Counted from the first letter of the stretch, positions 8,883 through 19,808 are shown. The stretch: 64,000 bases of DNA from a virus (IMGVR_UViG_3300049491_000465:1-64000), one strand, 5' to 3'. A program made the numbers and translations. Notes: generated from the letters alone by a model not told the origin.

Positions 8883-9383
8883 ATGAGAAGCACAAAAAAA
8901 CAAAATATCATATTAGTATCTCAAATTCTATTAGGGATACTTTTTCTTTTTATGGTATTCAAGAAAGATATTCAGGTTATAAAATATCCGAAACAAAGAA
9001 CAATCATCAACAATATACAGGGAAAAGAAAGATCAATACAGACAATTGAAAGATCATTAATCCCTGATAATGCTGAGATAAAAAGATTGAATGGAACTGT
9101 TTCTGATCTTATGAATGAAGTTTTGCTTTTAAAAAACCGTAGAGACACAGCTATGCTTGTTGAAACTCAAGATACACTTATAACAGTACTATACACTCAG
9201 GGTCAAATAAAAGATACTGTAATCAATAAACAAGAAAGAATTATTAGTGATCTGAAATACATTAGTAATTCAAAAGATACACTGATAGCAATTAAAGATG
9301 CTAAAATAAAGAAAGCCATTCGTCAAAGGAATATCTTTATGATTACAACAGGAATTTTAACCGGAATAGCAATAGTTAAGTAA
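8883..9383 (+). CDS. membrane-anchored coiled-coil protein (spanin-like)
   Basis: N- and C-terminal hydrophobic segments with a central coiled coil; next to the endolysin. Confidence 0.5.
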   Translation: MRSTKKQNIILVSQILLGILFLFMVFKKDIQVIKYPKQRTIINNIQGKERSIQTIERSLIPDNAEIKRLNGTVSDLMNEVLLLKNRRDTAMLVETQDTLITVLYTQGQIKDTVINKQERIISDLKYISNSKDTLIAIKDAKIKKAIRQRNIFMITTGILTGIAIVK

Positions 9384-9384
9384 T

Positions 9385-9885
9385 ATGGACCAGATAACAA
9401 TCGACAGAATCAAGAAAGCTCATCCTAAAGTTAGAGAAGAGTTAGAGACTCAATATCGTGAGATAAACAATAGACTTCCGGTTGGATGTAGATTGCGATT
9501 TGCTTACGTTCTAAGAACTCCAGAAGAACAGCACACACTTTACCTTCAAAGACCAAAAGTTACTAATGCAGATGCATGGCAATCAATCCATAATTACGGT
9601 TTGGCTTTCGATATTGTTTTGCTTTACGACAACAATGGAGACGGTAAATTTGAAGAAGCTTCATGGTCTTTAAAGAAAGACTTTGATGGAGATGGTACTC
9701 CTGAGTGGATGGAGGTTGTTAACTATTTTAAATCAAAAGGATGGACCTGGGGAGGTGATTGGAAATCTTTTAAAGATGCACCACACTTCGAGAAAAGCTT
9801 TGGTCTCGGATGGAGAGATATGAAGAAAATGGTTGACAATGGAAATTGCGTTATAGAGAATGGTGTAAAGTACATCAACTTATAA
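9385..9885 (+). CDS. endolysin, peptidase M15 (L-Ala-D-Glu peptidase-like)
   Basis: RTPEEQ..LY, SIHNYGLAFD, WGGDW..F.DAPHFE zinc-binding motifs. Confidence 0.9.
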   Translation: MDQITIDRIKKAHPKVREELETQYREINNRLPVGCRLRFAYVLRTPEEQHTLYLQRPKVTNADAWQSIHNYGLAFDIVLLYDNNGDGKFEEASWSLKKDFDGDGTPEWMEVVNYFKSKGWTWGGDWKSFKDAPHFEKSFGLGWRDMKKMVDNGNCVIENGVKYINL

Positions 9886-9906
9886 TCACAGATAAAAAGA
9901 CGAAAG

Positions 9907-10254
9907 ATGAACAGATTTAAAGATACAGAGCTTGGTGAATTTTTGATTAATAATTTTCCAGATATTGCAGATGAGGTAATTACTCTTACAAGTTTAAACA
10001 GATTACCTGATCCTGAGATAATAAAAGAATCATGGAAGAATACTCCAGGAATTGAGTTTAGTGATCGTATGAAGTTTGAAGAGCTTATGGCTTTTTATCC
10101 TACTGATGGATGTGAAACTAAAAACGACATGATGAATGATATGATTGATCCTGGAAGAAGTATCAAGTTTCCAACAAAAGAGATAGGAGTAATCGTTCTT
10201 TGTTTATTGGCATCAATTGGTTTGGCTGCTTTTATTACTAAATTAATAGGGTAA
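9907..10254 (+). CDS. hypothetical protein with a C-terminal TM helix
   Basis: 115-aa ORF. Confidence 0.6.
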   Translation: MNRFKDTELGEFLINNFPDIADEVITLTSLNRLPDPEIIKESWKNTPGIEFSDRMKFEELMAFYPTDGCETKNDMMNDMIDPGRSIKFPTKEIGVIVLCLLASIGLAAFITKLIG

Positions 10255-10255
10255 C

Positions 10256-12127
10256 ATGTACGCCAATACGGTATTATTTTCACCGGTTGTTACCGATGGA
10301 TTATGTCGTGCCAACCCATTGTCGTATGAATATCGTCAATGGTGGCATGAGCAGAAGAGGCGTTGTCTTGAAGGATACACTATTGCCGGAACTTATATAC
10401 CTGGAGACTATTATTGGTATTTGAATTTCTGGAAAATCAGAGGTAAGGATCCTAAGACTGGTAGAAAAACATTGATATCTCCAAGGTTCCTTGATATGGA
10501 TCTTGAGTATTTTCTTGCAGTTGAAGAAGCAAGGAAAGCCGGGAAACACATGGTTGTTGTTAAGGCCCGGCAGAAAGGTTTCTCTGAAAAACATTCCGCA
10601 TTACTTGGAAAAGAGTTTACGTTCTTTCCGCATTCTCAAGCGATTATTACAGCAGGAGAAGAGAAGTATTCAAATGCAACAATGAGAATGTGTGTTCGTG
10701 GATTAAACTCTCTGAAGGAAACGGAATTCTATAAAAGGAGAATGCCTGATACACTGGATTATATTCAGGCTAAGTACAAGGTGATTGAAAATGGAGTCCC
10801 ACATTGGAAAGGAATTCACAGTGAGGTTTACAACATTACATCAAAGAATAATCCACAAGCAACAATTGGTAAGTCCCCTTCATTAATCATTTTTGAAGAA
10901 GCTGGTAAGTTTCCGGGATTGATTGATTCTTTCAAATATATCCAACCAGCACTTGAAGCTGAAGGAGGAGAAAAGACTGGATTCGCAATTATTGTTGGAA
11001 CAGGTGGTGACATGGAGAAGGGAGCAGCAGAACTTGAACAAATGTTCTATCATCCTGAAGCTTACGACATGATGGCTTACCGTAATGATTACGAAGAAGA
11101 TGGTGGAGATTCAAAAATTGGATACTTTGTTCCAGCATCAAAATTCAAGATTGTAGATCAATTCGGGAACTCTCTAAAAAAGGAAAGTGAAGACTTCATA
11201 AATGTAAAACGTGAGGCTGCAAGAACCTCAAATAAAGCAAGTGACTTCATAAACACAATAACCCAGGACCCATTAGTTCCGAGTGAAGCGTTTATGAGAA
11301 CCGGTGGAAACATGTTTAATGCTAATTTACTTAACAAGCAATATGCGAGATTAAGAAATGATAAGGCATTATCAAACATGGCTGATCAAGGAAGACTTGA
11401 ATGGGTTCGTGATGATCTTGGTAAGATTTCTGGTGTTAGATTCGTTCATGATTCAGAAGGAAACTTATTAATCATGGAACATCCTGAACTTGACGAGAAC
11501 GGAGAGACTTACTTAAATCTATATGTGGCCGGAACCGACTCCTATGACAAGGACGAGGCTAACACATCTGATTCAAAGGGATCTTGTTCTATGTATAAAA
11601 TCTTTAAGGATATTAATTCAACATCTAATATCTTTGTAGCAAGATATACAGATCGACCATCAACAGCGGAAAAGTTTTATGAAGAGACAGCTAAACTTTG
11701 CATGTACTATAAATCTCCAAATTTGATTGAGTGGTCAAATATATCGATATTTAACTGGTACAAAAACAATGGGTTTGAAGGTTATTTAAAAGAACGTCCA
11801 CAAATAGCTTACGCTAATGTTAAGGACAGCAAGGTGAATAATCGTTACGGTGTAGATCCAGGAACAAAACTTGAATGGTTGATTATGTATAGAGATTACA
11901 TTGAGCAATATTCAGAGGTTATGTATGATATGCATCAAATTGATAGAGCAATAAAGTTCAGAAATGAAAGAAGTTATAACTGTGATATTACCATATCTTC
12001 AGCCTTGGCAGTTTGTCATGCTAAAGATAACATAGATATAAAATTGAAAAAAAGTCAAGACATAGGTGTAAAGGAAGAGTTCTTTCATTACAAATCAAAT
12101 CAAGGTAGAATGCAAGTAAAATTTTAA
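10256..12127 (+). CDS. terL: terminase large subunit
   Basis: KARQKGFS (Walker A), LIIFEEAG (Walker B), GTGG and nuclease AGTDSYD; crAss-like. Confidence 0.92.
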   Translation: MYANTVLFSPVVTDGLCRANPLSYEYRQWWHEQKRRCLEGYTIAGTYIPGDYYWYLNFWKIRGKDPKTGRKTLISPRFLDMDLEYFLAVEEARKAGKHMVVVKARQKGFSEKHSALLGKEFTFFPHSQAIITAGEEKYSNATMRMCVRGLNSLKETEFYKRRMPDTLDYIQAKYKVIENGVPHWKGIHSEVYNITSKNNPQATIGKSPSLIIFEEAGKFPGLIDSFKYIQPALEAEGGEKTGFAIIVGTGGDMEKGAAELEQMFYHPEAYDMMAYRNDYEEDGGDSKIGYFVPASKFKIVDQFGNSLKKESEDFINVKREAARTSNKASDFINTITQDPLVPSEAFMRTGGNMFNANLLNKQYARLRNDKALSNMADQGRLEWVRDDLGKISGVRFVHDSEGNLLIMEHPELDENGETYLNLYVAGTDSYDKDEANTSDSKGSCSMYKIFKDINSTSNIFVARYTDRPSTAEKFYEETAKLCMYYKSPNLIEWSNISIFNWYKNNGFEGYLKERPQIAYANVKDSKVNNRYGVDPGTKLEWLIMYRDYIEQYSEVMYDMHQIDRAIKFRNERSYNCDITISSALAVCHAKDNIDIKLKKSQDIGVKEEFFHYKSNQGRMQVKF

Positions 12128-12132
12128 ATGAT

Positions 12133-14655
12133 ATGCCGTTACCAAATCAAAATATTCCAGAGGGTGCCAAGACTCAAGAATGGATGGAAAGATGTGTGAG
12201 TGCCATAGTAAACATGTCGTTTACAAATCGTCTTGCAAAAGCAAAGGATAAGTTTTGTTACGACCTATATAATGGAGTTCAAAATGAAGGAGACTTCGAT
12301 TACCTGAGAAAGGTCGATGATTATGAATACCCTGCAAAGATCCGATTCGTTCCTTTGTTACGTCCAAAGTTTGATCGTCTTCGTGCTGAAGAAACAAAAC
12401 GTCCATTTAATTACCGGGTGTTTACAATTGACAGTAATTCTATAAACGATAAAAGTCAAAAGCGTTTCGAGAAGATCATTTCTGCGATGTCAGCTAATAA
12501 ACAGAAGGTTAGTCTTGCTTATGCCGAAGCATTGCGTGGTATTGAAGAAATGAAGGCCCAACTTAATGCTGCAAGGCAACAGGCGGCTCAACAAGGAACT
12601 CAGATCGACCCTCAAACAGAAATGAATCTTAGAGCTGCTGAAAGAGAACTTGAGATGGGTAAATTCGCTATATCTCATGAGAGTTTGATTTCAGAAAAGG
12701 AGCTTGAAGAAATCAATGTTTACTTCAAATATAAATACAAGGATTTCCTTGAGATCATGGCTGAAAAAGGTATTAAATACCTTATGGCTACTCAAGGGTT
12801 AAAAGACACTTTCAACCGAGGATTCGAAGATAAACTTGTCACTGATAAAGAGATTTATTATGTAGACTGGGAAGATACAATGAATTCAAAAGATCCTGTT
12901 TGTCGTAAAGTAAGTCCTATGGGATTCTACTACTCAGGTGACAGTCAAGTTGAATGGATTGATGATGCTGAATGGGCAATGGAAGAAAGGTTTCTTACAG
13001 CCAATCAGATTATTGATGAGTTCGGTGATAAGCTTTCATTTGAAGATCTTGAGAAGATCAAATCAAGACACTCGTACATAAATACTCAAACTGGATACGG
13101 TTATGGATACTATGGCTTTAATAGTTCTGTTGGAGGATCTGAATATGGGTCAAACAACGTCGAAGGATGTGGTCCCGATAGTTTATACTCTGGATCAGAA
13201 GATTTTTCTTCCGTAATAAGAGTTTGTAAAGTTTTCTGGAAATCCCCAAGAAGAGTTCGATCTAAAAAATCACCAAACCCACACAATGAAGAATCGGAAT
13301 TTACACATGTTATTTCTGATCAAGAAAAAATTAAACCTGAAAAAGGTGAGAAAGAACAGGTTGGCTACATGAATGATGTCTACCAAGGAGTAATGATTGA
13401 CACAAACATATTTATTGATTGCAGAAAGAAAGCTGTTGTTCGTGCTAATGATAACTTCGGTAAAGTTCAACTTCCATTCATAGGTCGTGCTTACAATTTC
13501 TACACAAGAAAACCATACTCTCTTGTATGGGCTGCAAAAGATGTTCAGATTTTGTACAATATCATTCACTACCATAAAGAGCTATGGTTGGCACTATCTG
13601 GTGTAAAAGGATTCATCATGGATAAGTCTCAGATCCCGGAAGGTATGTCAATGAAAGAATGGATGTATCAAAGAAAAATGGGAGTTGGGTGGATTCAATC
13701 TGTAAGATCAGGTTTGAATAAGCAAGCTACATTCAATCAATTCCAAAACTTTGATGACTCAATGGGTCAAGGTGTTCAATATCTACTTGTAATGCTTCAG
13801 CATCTTGAACAACTTGCCTCAAGTATTACCGGTGTATCTCCTCAAAGAATGGGTGATGTTGCTCCAACAGACCAGGTTGGTACAACTGAGCAAAGTATCC
13901 GGAATTCGGCATTGGTAACTGAGATTATCTTCTATGATCATGAACAGACCAAACGAAGAGTTTGTAACAGACTAATCAATCTTTGCCGAAGAGCATGGAA
14001 AGATGGAAAACATGGATCCTATGTTTTAGGAGATTTCGCACAAGAACTCTTTAACATACCAGCTAATGCATTGGAAAGAGCTGACTACCTTGTATTCGCA
14101 AGTGATAGCGGTCAGGAGGAAAGAGCTTTAAATGATCTTAAACAATTGTCAATGGCACAATACCAAAAAGGTATGTTGTCATTCTCAAATATTGTTAAAC
14201 TGTACAACACAGATAATCTTCGGGAAATGGAGGCTAAAGTTGAGCAGTATGAAGAGATAGCTTTAAAGAGAGCTGAAGCAGTAGGTGAAACACAGAGACA
14301 GCATGATATTCAATTAAAGCAAATGGACCAGGAGTTTAAAGCTATGATTGATAAGCAAGCTGATGATGCTAAAATGATCATGGCTGAACTTGAAAAAGCT
14401 AAGTTCGAATGGGAAATGCAGAAATTTGGAATGGATCAACAACTTAAAAAATACGAAGTTGATGCTAAAAATAATATTGACAATAAAAACATCGATACAG
14501 AGAGAGATGTTGAGTTGGCATATCTTGAACAGCAGAAAAAAGAAGCTAATCAAGAAGTTCAAATAGCAAGAGCAGATTTAGCAATGAGAGGCGTTGAGGC
14601 TACTGAGTCTCAACTCGATCAATCTCGAAAACAAAAAGAGAGTATAAAAGATTGA
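12133..14655 (+). CDS. portal protein
   Basis: 840 aa directly after TerL; long helical C-terminus; crAss-like gene order. Confidence 0.85.
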   Translation: MPLPNQNIPEGAKTQEWMERCVSAIVNMSFTNRLAKAKDKFCYDLYNGVQNEGDFDYLRKVDDYEYPAKIRFVPLLRPKFDRLRAEETKRPFNYRVFTIDSNSINDKSQKRFEKIISAMSANKQKVSLAYAEALRGIEEMKAQLNAARQQAAQQGTQIDPQTEMNLRAAERELEMGKFAISHESLISEKELEEINVYFKYKYKDFLEIMAEKGIKYLMATQGLKDTFNRGFEDKLVTDKEIYYVDWEDTMNSKDPVCRKVSPMGFYYSGDSQVEWIDDAEWAMEERFLTANQIIDEFGDKLSFEDLEKIKSRHSYINTQTGYGYGYYGFNSSVGGSEYGSNNVEGCGPDSLYSGSEDFSSVIRVCKVFWKSPRRVRSKKSPNPHNEESEFTHVISDQEKIKPEKGEKEQVGYMNDVYQGVMIDTNIFIDCRKKAVVRANDNFGKVQLPFIGRAYNFYTRKPYSLVWAAKDVQILYNIIHYHKELWLALSGVKGFIMDKSQIPEGMSMKEWMYQRKMGVGWIQSVRSGLNKQATFNQFQNFDDSMGQGVQYLLVMLQHLEQLASSITGVSPQRMGDVAPTDQVGTTEQSIRNSALVTEIIFYDHEQTKRRVCNRLINLCRRAWKDGKHGSYVLGDFAQELFNIPANALERADYLVFASDSGQEERALNDLKQLSMAQYQKGMLSFSNIVKLYNTDNLREMEAKVEQYEEIALKRAEAVGETQRQHDIQLKQMDQEFKAMIDKQADDAKMIMAELEKAKFEWEMQKFGMDQQLKKYEVDAKNNIDNKNIDTERDVELAYLEQQKKEANQEVQIARADLAMRGVEATESQLDQSRKQKESIKD

Positions 14656-14675
14656 AAATTATACACTTAATTCTC

Positions 14676-14683
14676 TATATTTG
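14676..14683 (+). promoter_or_regulatory. Bacteroidota-type -7 promoter element TATATTTG
   Basis: Matches TAnnTTTG in the gap before the scaffold and MCP genes. Confidence 0.6.
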
Positions 14684-14727
14684 CTTGAAAGATTTAAGAA
14701 TAAAAGAAACAAGAAAAACCAAATGTT

Positions 14728-15879
14728 ATGAGTGATAATATGAACAACGGTCAAGGCCAAAATACAGATCCATCATTAGAGGTTAACTTTGATGCTTTAT
14801 CTGCTCCGGAAGGACAGTATAATCCATTTATTCATGGCGATGGTAATGGAAACGTAAATAATTCTGGTTCTAACGAACCGGGTGAACCGAGCATTCCAGG
14901 AAGTACTGAAGATCTTATTAATGGACTTCCTAACTTAGATAAGGAATTCAATCAACAGCAATTAGATCAACAGAATCAACAGCAAAGCCAAGATCAGCAA
15001 CAGAATCAGAATCAAGATCCTAATGCTGGGCAAAACAATAATCAACAGCAAACTTCCGGTGATTACTGGATGAAGCCGTTTGAGCAAATAAAAGCAGCTA
15101 ATCCTGAATGGGAAATCCCCCAAGGATTGAACGAAGAGAACTACCTTCAAACTCTTCAGGAAATATTTACGCCAGAACTTCATCCTGAAGTCGTGAAAAT
15201 ACAAGAGGCAATTGATAAAGGAGTTACTTTTGATCAAGTTGTTGAGGCGTATAAAGGAGGTAACGATATGTCGAAAATGACAGATCGTGAAATGATGGAT
15301 CAGCATTTCAAAAATTCTTACAAGGATTGGGACGATGCTAAAATCAAAGAAGTTCTTGATAAGATGGAGAATTCCGGTTATCTTGAAATTGAAGCCGGTA
15401 GGCTTAGAAAAGAGATCAACGAGCAACAGTCAAGTGCTCTTGACAATATGACGAAAACTTTTGAGCAACAACGCTCTCAAGAAGTCGCAAGGATCAATGA
15501 TGAGCGTTCAAAGCAAATCAATGAATCACTCAATATAATCAACAAAGCAAATGATGTTTATGGTCTACCACTAAGTCAATCTGAAAAGGTAGAGTTCAGT
15601 GAATATTTCGCTAAGTTGGTTACTCCAGACGAAACTGGTATGGCCCCTATGTTCCGGGAATTGCAAAGCAATGAAACATTGGTGAAAGTAGCAGCTATGT
15701 TATGGAAAGGTGATTCAAAAATCCGTGCAGCTTTAACGAGTGCTAAAGAATCTGGTAAAGCATCAGTTCTTGATAAGCTTGATAAAACTCCGAATAATGT
15801 TCAGAGAGGTGGCGGTAATCAAGATCCAACCCAAGTAGATTTCGATGCATTGTCAGCTCCAGAGCGATTGATGCATTGA
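14728..15879 (+). CDS. putative capsid scaffolding protein
   Basis: Acidic, Q/N-rich, coiled-coil; between portal and MCP. Confidence 0.65.
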   Translation: MSDNMNNGQGQNTDPSLEVNFDALSAPEGQYNPFIHGDGNGNVNNSGSNEPGEPSIPGSTEDLINGLPNLDKEFNQQQLDQQNQQQSQDQQQNQNQDPNAGQNNNQQQTSGDYWMKPFEQIKAANPEWEIPQGLNEENYLQTLQEIFTPELHPEVVKIQEAIDKGVTFDQVVEAYKGGNDMSKMTDREMMDQHFKNSYKDWDDAKIKEVLDKMENSGYLEIEAGRLRKEINEQQSSALDNMTKTFEQQRSQEVARINDERSKQINESLNIINKANDVYGLPLSQSEKVEFSEYFAKLVTPDETGMAPMFRELQSNETLVKVAAMLWKGDSKIRAALTSAKESGKASVLDKLDKTPNNVQRGGGNQDPTQVDFDALSAPERLMH

Positions 15880-15917
15880 TGAATTAAATTATTGTTGAAT
15901 TTAAAAAAAGGTACGAG

Positions 15918-17372
15918 ATGAAAATTATCGGTACTGGCACATACGATGCCAACAGGACCACAATGACAAACTCCCTTGCGGCAGCTCTTTTGACTCGCCC
16001 GGAGATTTCGTCAAACGTGGTGAATTTATTTGAGGACAATTTTACAGCGTTCTCATCTTACCTCGCACGAAGAGGTTTTATGAAAAAAGGTCTGACTCCC
16101 GGATTAGAAACATCTGATTTCAAAGTGATTGGAAACCGAAAGTTCATGTGGGCTTTGAAAGGTTATCCTTTCCGAAAAGGAAGAATCGTTGTTGATGCTA
16201 CCGATGCAAATGGTGGTGCAACAGCACAACCGGGTGTTAATCAATCAGTGTTCATCATTACTTTGGATACTAATTTCTTTTCACCAAATGATACTTTGGA
16301 ATTGGGAGATCGTAGAACGATCGTTCAAGTCATGGATGAGTATCCGGTGGAAGTGGGTTCAGGAAACTGGAAATACAAAGTGAAGTTAGTTACCAATGTT
16401 CAAGGTGCATGGGTTGATCCTACTCTTGTCTCTGCTGACAGAGAAGTTGGTTTCAGTTACACTGCGTTCCCGGAACTTTCTGAAACTGGTTACGAGAAAA
16501 ACACATTCCCTGAGTGGCATACAAACTACATGACTATCCAACGTATGCAATTCTCAATTTCTGGTTCTGCACAGAACACAGTATTGTGGGTTGAGCACAA
16601 TGGTCAAAAATTGTGGTTTAAGCAACAAGAGATGGACATGCTTCGTCGTTGGGCTTATGCTCGTGAGAATCAATTGATTTTCGGTAAAGCATCTATTGAT
16701 GCAAACGAAAATGTATTGCTTCGTGACTTGAAAGGTCGTGAGATCATCCAGGGAGATGGTATCGTTGCACAAGGAGATTCTTCATTGAAATTCCAGTACA
16801 ACAACTTGAATGTAAAAACTCTTGAGAACATCATGCAGAACTTACAATTGTTGTCTAACAACGATGGTATGACTGAGGTGTTTGTAATGGGTGGTCAAGC
16901 ATTCGTTTGGAACTTCCAACGATTGATGCGTGATGTATTCAAGTACAATCCTACTCCATTATTTGTTTCTGAAGGAGACAAAGAAAAAGGAGTTAAAGTG
17001 GCTTTCAACAGCTACGAGATGGGTGGTGTTAAGTTGGTTGTTGCTTGGAATAAAGCAATGGACGCAGCTTGGAGACCGCAAGAGAAAGATATCTATGGTG
17101 TAAACCTTGAGTCTTATCGTGGATTCTTCGTGAGTCTTGGTAACACTATCGGAGGTGATGCAAACGTAGATCTTGTTGCTCTTGGTAACGGATCTGATGA
17201 TCGTCGATATGTGAAAAAGATTATCGACGGTATGTCCACTCCACAAGGATCTGGTCGTCGTGAATTCGCTTCAAATTCAGTTGATGGATACCAAGTACAG
17301 ATCTTGTCTGAGACAGGTCTTTGCTTGAAAAATCCATTCGGATTTGCTGAGATCTACAAACCAAGAGGATAA
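15918..17372 (+). CDS. major capsid protein (crAss-like HK97 fold)
   Basis: 484 aa; position; N.MTIQR and ILSETGLCLKNP resemble crAss-like MCP motifs. Confidence 0.85.
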   Translation: MKIIGTGTYDANRTTMTNSLAAALLTRPEISSNVVNLFEDNFTAFSSYLARRGFMKKGLTPGLETSDFKVIGNRKFMWALKGYPFRKGRIVVDATDANGGATAQPGVNQSVFIITLDTNFFSPNDTLELGDRRTIVQVMDEYPVEVGSGNWKYKVKLVTNVQGAWVDPTLVSADREVGFSYTAFPELSETGYEKNTFPEWHTNYMTIQRMQFSISGSAQNTVLWVEHNGQKLWFKQQEMDMLRRWAYARENQLIFGKASIDANENVLLRDLKGREIIQGDGIVAQGDSSLKFQYNNLNVKTLENIMQNLQLLSNNDGMTEVFVMGGQAFVWNFQRLMRDVFKYNPTPLFVSEGDKEKGVKVAFNSYEMGGVKLVVAWNKAMDAAWRPQEKDIYGVNLESYRGFFVSLGNTIGGDANVDLVALGNGSDDRRYVKKIIDGMSTPQGSGRREFASNSVDGYQVQILSETGLCLKNPFGFAEIYKPRG

Positions 17373-17419
17373 TCTCAAAAGAAAAAAGAATTAAGGACCC
17401 AGATAAAAGACTTTAAGAA

Positions 17420-18277
17420 ATGGAAGCTTTAACATCAAATATTAAAAGACTGGTGGCAACTGATAAAAAGTATCATGAGGCCCCAGTCTTCATTGCTCCG
17501 AAGGAGGATTCGAAGACAAGAAAACCAATTGATTACGCTGCTCGATTGAGTGATGCTCAAAGAGAGAAGCTGACAATTACTCTTGCTCCGAAAGAAGATC
17601 GTGATGGAAACATCGTTGACGAAATGGTTATCAGAATTGGTCATCTTCATGTCTTTGACTTGAGTATGCCAAATGATGCCTTACTTTTCGAAGTAGTCAA
17701 AGATGACGAAATGATCGCCGCTTCTAAGGCTCATGTGAACCCCACGGTTCATCGTTTCTACATTGAGGATAAAGAGAAAGAAGCTGTTGCTACTATCAGT
17801 AAGTCCAAATTGAAGAAACAAGCGTTTGCTGTCATCGATGGTTTATCCATTGATCAAATGGCAAATTACGCTAAGATCCTTGGGAAGTTTGTACAATCAC
17901 TTTCTGCAACTCAGATTGAATCTGCTTTGTATGAGATTGCTGAAGACAAACCACAATTGATCCTTGATGTGAATAATGATAAGGATCTCAAATACAAGAT
18001 CTTCTTGAAGAAATGTATTGAGAAAAATTATCTTCACATGGACAATGGGAAGTACATGAATGGTAAAGATCTTGTTGGAGTAAATGAAGATTACGCTATC
18101 CAATGGCTAAAAGATCCACAGAACGCTACTATTGTAAGCCAGTGGGGATCTATGTTTGAAGGTAGAAACGTCAGCAATTACGACCCAATTAAAGATCAGA
18201 ATTTTGATGATGCTCCCAAGAAGGTAGGTGCCAAAGGTGCAACTACCAAAGCGAATGAAAGCAAAACTGACGAGTAA
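17420..18277 (+). CDS. conserved crAss-like protein downstream of MCP
   Basis: Synteny (gene-75-like position); 285 aa. Confidence 0.55.
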   Translation: MEALTSNIKRLVATDKKYHEAPVFIAPKEDSKTRKPIDYAARLSDAQREKLTITLAPKEDRDGNIVDEMVIRIGHLHVFDLSMPNDALLFEVVKDDEMIAASKAHVNPTVHRFYIEDKEKEAVATISKSKLKKQAFAVIDGLSIDQMANYAKILGKFVQSLSATQIESALYEIAEDKPQLILDVNNDKDLKYKIFLKKCIEKNYLHMDNGKYMNGKDLVGVNEDYAIQWLKDPQNATIVSQWGSMFEGRNVSNYDPIKDQNFDDAPKKVGAKGATTKANESKTDE

Positions 18278-18290
18278 AAACTGATACACC

Positions 18291-19013
18291 ATGTTGATCA
18301 CTGCTCAAAATATGTTCACGTTGTTTCTTGATCTCCTCAATAAAGAGGAGACAGGAACCGTGACACCTGCTGAATTCAATAGATTGATAAACAATTCCCA
18401 AGAGGAATTGGTAAAGAATAAATATCATGAAGTTGAGTTGACTCAGAAAAGAGTAGATGATCTAAGAATTTTAGAAGTTAGAGATGTTCTTCCTAATGTA
18501 GGAGTGAATGTTCCTGGTGGTGAAATTTTTGAATTGCCTTATAGCGAAACAGGAATGGTAACAACCCCAGGAAATCCTAATGGAGATAATCATGGTTATA
18601 TGTTTTTATTGAATGTAGCATTCAGGATTCAATATGTAAACAATAAATGTAAGCATACTGGAATCTCAAAACCCTTAAAGACAAAGCGAATGACTGCTGA
18701 TAAGGAATATGAGATAGATAGTGATCCATACAACAAACCAACTGATGAACGGTTGTATCACAAAATGATTGGTAATACAATCAGATGCATTACAGGAACA
18801 GAATCGTTTGGTGTTGAAGCTTATATTGATTACTTGAGATATCCGAGACAAATCAATGTTCCGGTTCCAAATGCAAATCAGGATATTCCATGTGAACTTC
18901 CATTGCATTTGAGAGAGGAGATTGTAAGAATTGCTGTCAGAAAGAAACTTGGTATCTACGAATCACCGAGATACCAACAATCAATTGCTGAAGATGCTCA
19001 GTCAATAACGTAA
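18291..19013 (+). CDS. head-tail ring/adaptor protein
   Basis: N.SQEELV, IDYLRYP..I and CELPLHLREEIV.IAV patterns. Confidence 0.65.
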   Translation: MLITAQNMFTLFLDLLNKEETGTVTPAEFNRLINNSQEELVKNKYHEVELTQKRVDDLRILEVRDVLPNVGVNVPGGEIFELPYSETGMVTTPGNPNGDNHGYMFLLNVAFRIQYVNNKCKHTGISKPLKTKRMTADKEYEIDSDPYNKPTDERLYHKMIGNTIRCITGTESFGVEAYIDYLRYPRQINVPVPNANQDIPCELPLHLREEIVRIAVRKKLGIYESPRYQQSIAEDAQSIT

Positions 19014-19037
19014 AAATAATTTTTAAATCTAAAAGAA

Positions 19038-19808
19038 ATGTTAAGAAGACATGCCGATAGGATTTTGATTAACTCAATCAATCCTGCACTAATCACAAAC
19101 GTAGTTCCTGGTGTATCGTTGACGATCGAAGGATACGGAACTTTGACTGTTGCTGGTCAAGTAGAGTCTCATAAAGAGTGCACAACTCCGGAAATCGCTA
19201 AAGTTGTTGGTGTTACAGTTGTAATTCCAGTATCATGCGAATGTCCTTACGAGTGGTGTATGACTGTTGAGTGCTTGCCAAACCTTAAAAATTATGAGGT
19301 TCAAACAACATTCCCTGCTATTCGTACTTATTGTTACGAAGATCCTGCTGGTGGAACTCCGACTGCTGCTGCTACTGCTGCTGCTATCACTGCTTCCATC
19401 AACAACGATCCTTTCTCTTGTGTTACTGCTTCTGTTGTTGGAACTGTAATCACATTGACAGGGAAACCTGGTGTGAATTTCAATGCTTACACAGCTTCAG
19501 GGGCCGTTGCGGAGGTAACTCCTTACACTCCTGCTTTGATTGATTCAGAGTATATGGCTCGTTTGTTCCCAATTCGTCATGGTTCTTTTGGTTCTCAACC
19601 AAATTTACCTCTTCCTGGAAGCGACTATTGTGAGTATCACTTCACAATTCGTAAGCAATCTGATGTTCAGGATGTTGACGGTGCGAATCATTGGAATGAT
19701 TACGAAAAAGAAGTTTACTTCTATGTTCGTCCTGATGATGCGAACTACGCAGCATTCGATACTCCTGTTGCAGGATTAATTCCAATTGCTAACGGTGGTA
19801 CTCTATAA
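19038..19808 (+). CDS. structural protein (auxiliary capsid/decoration-like), Cys-rich
   Basis: Beta-rich, AAATAAAITASINNDP, 8 Cys; crAss gene-74-like position. Confidence 0.55.
   Translation: MLRRHADRILINSINPALITNVVPGVSLTIEGYGTLTVAGQVESHKECTTPEIAKVVGVTVVIPVSCECPYEWCMTVECLPNLKNYEVQTTFPAIRTYCYEDPAGGTPTAAATAAAITASINNDPFSCVTASVVGTVITLTGKPGVNFNAYTASGAVAEVTPYTPALIDSEYMARLFPIRHGSFGSQPNLPLPGSDYCEYHFTIRKQSDVQDVDGANHWNDYEKEVYFYVRPDDANYAAFDTPVAGLIPIANGGTL

Noticed and set aside
10256-17372. Introns or inteins in TerL, portal or MCP
   Set aside because: The ORFs are continuous, of normal size, and show no intein or homing-endonuclease motifs
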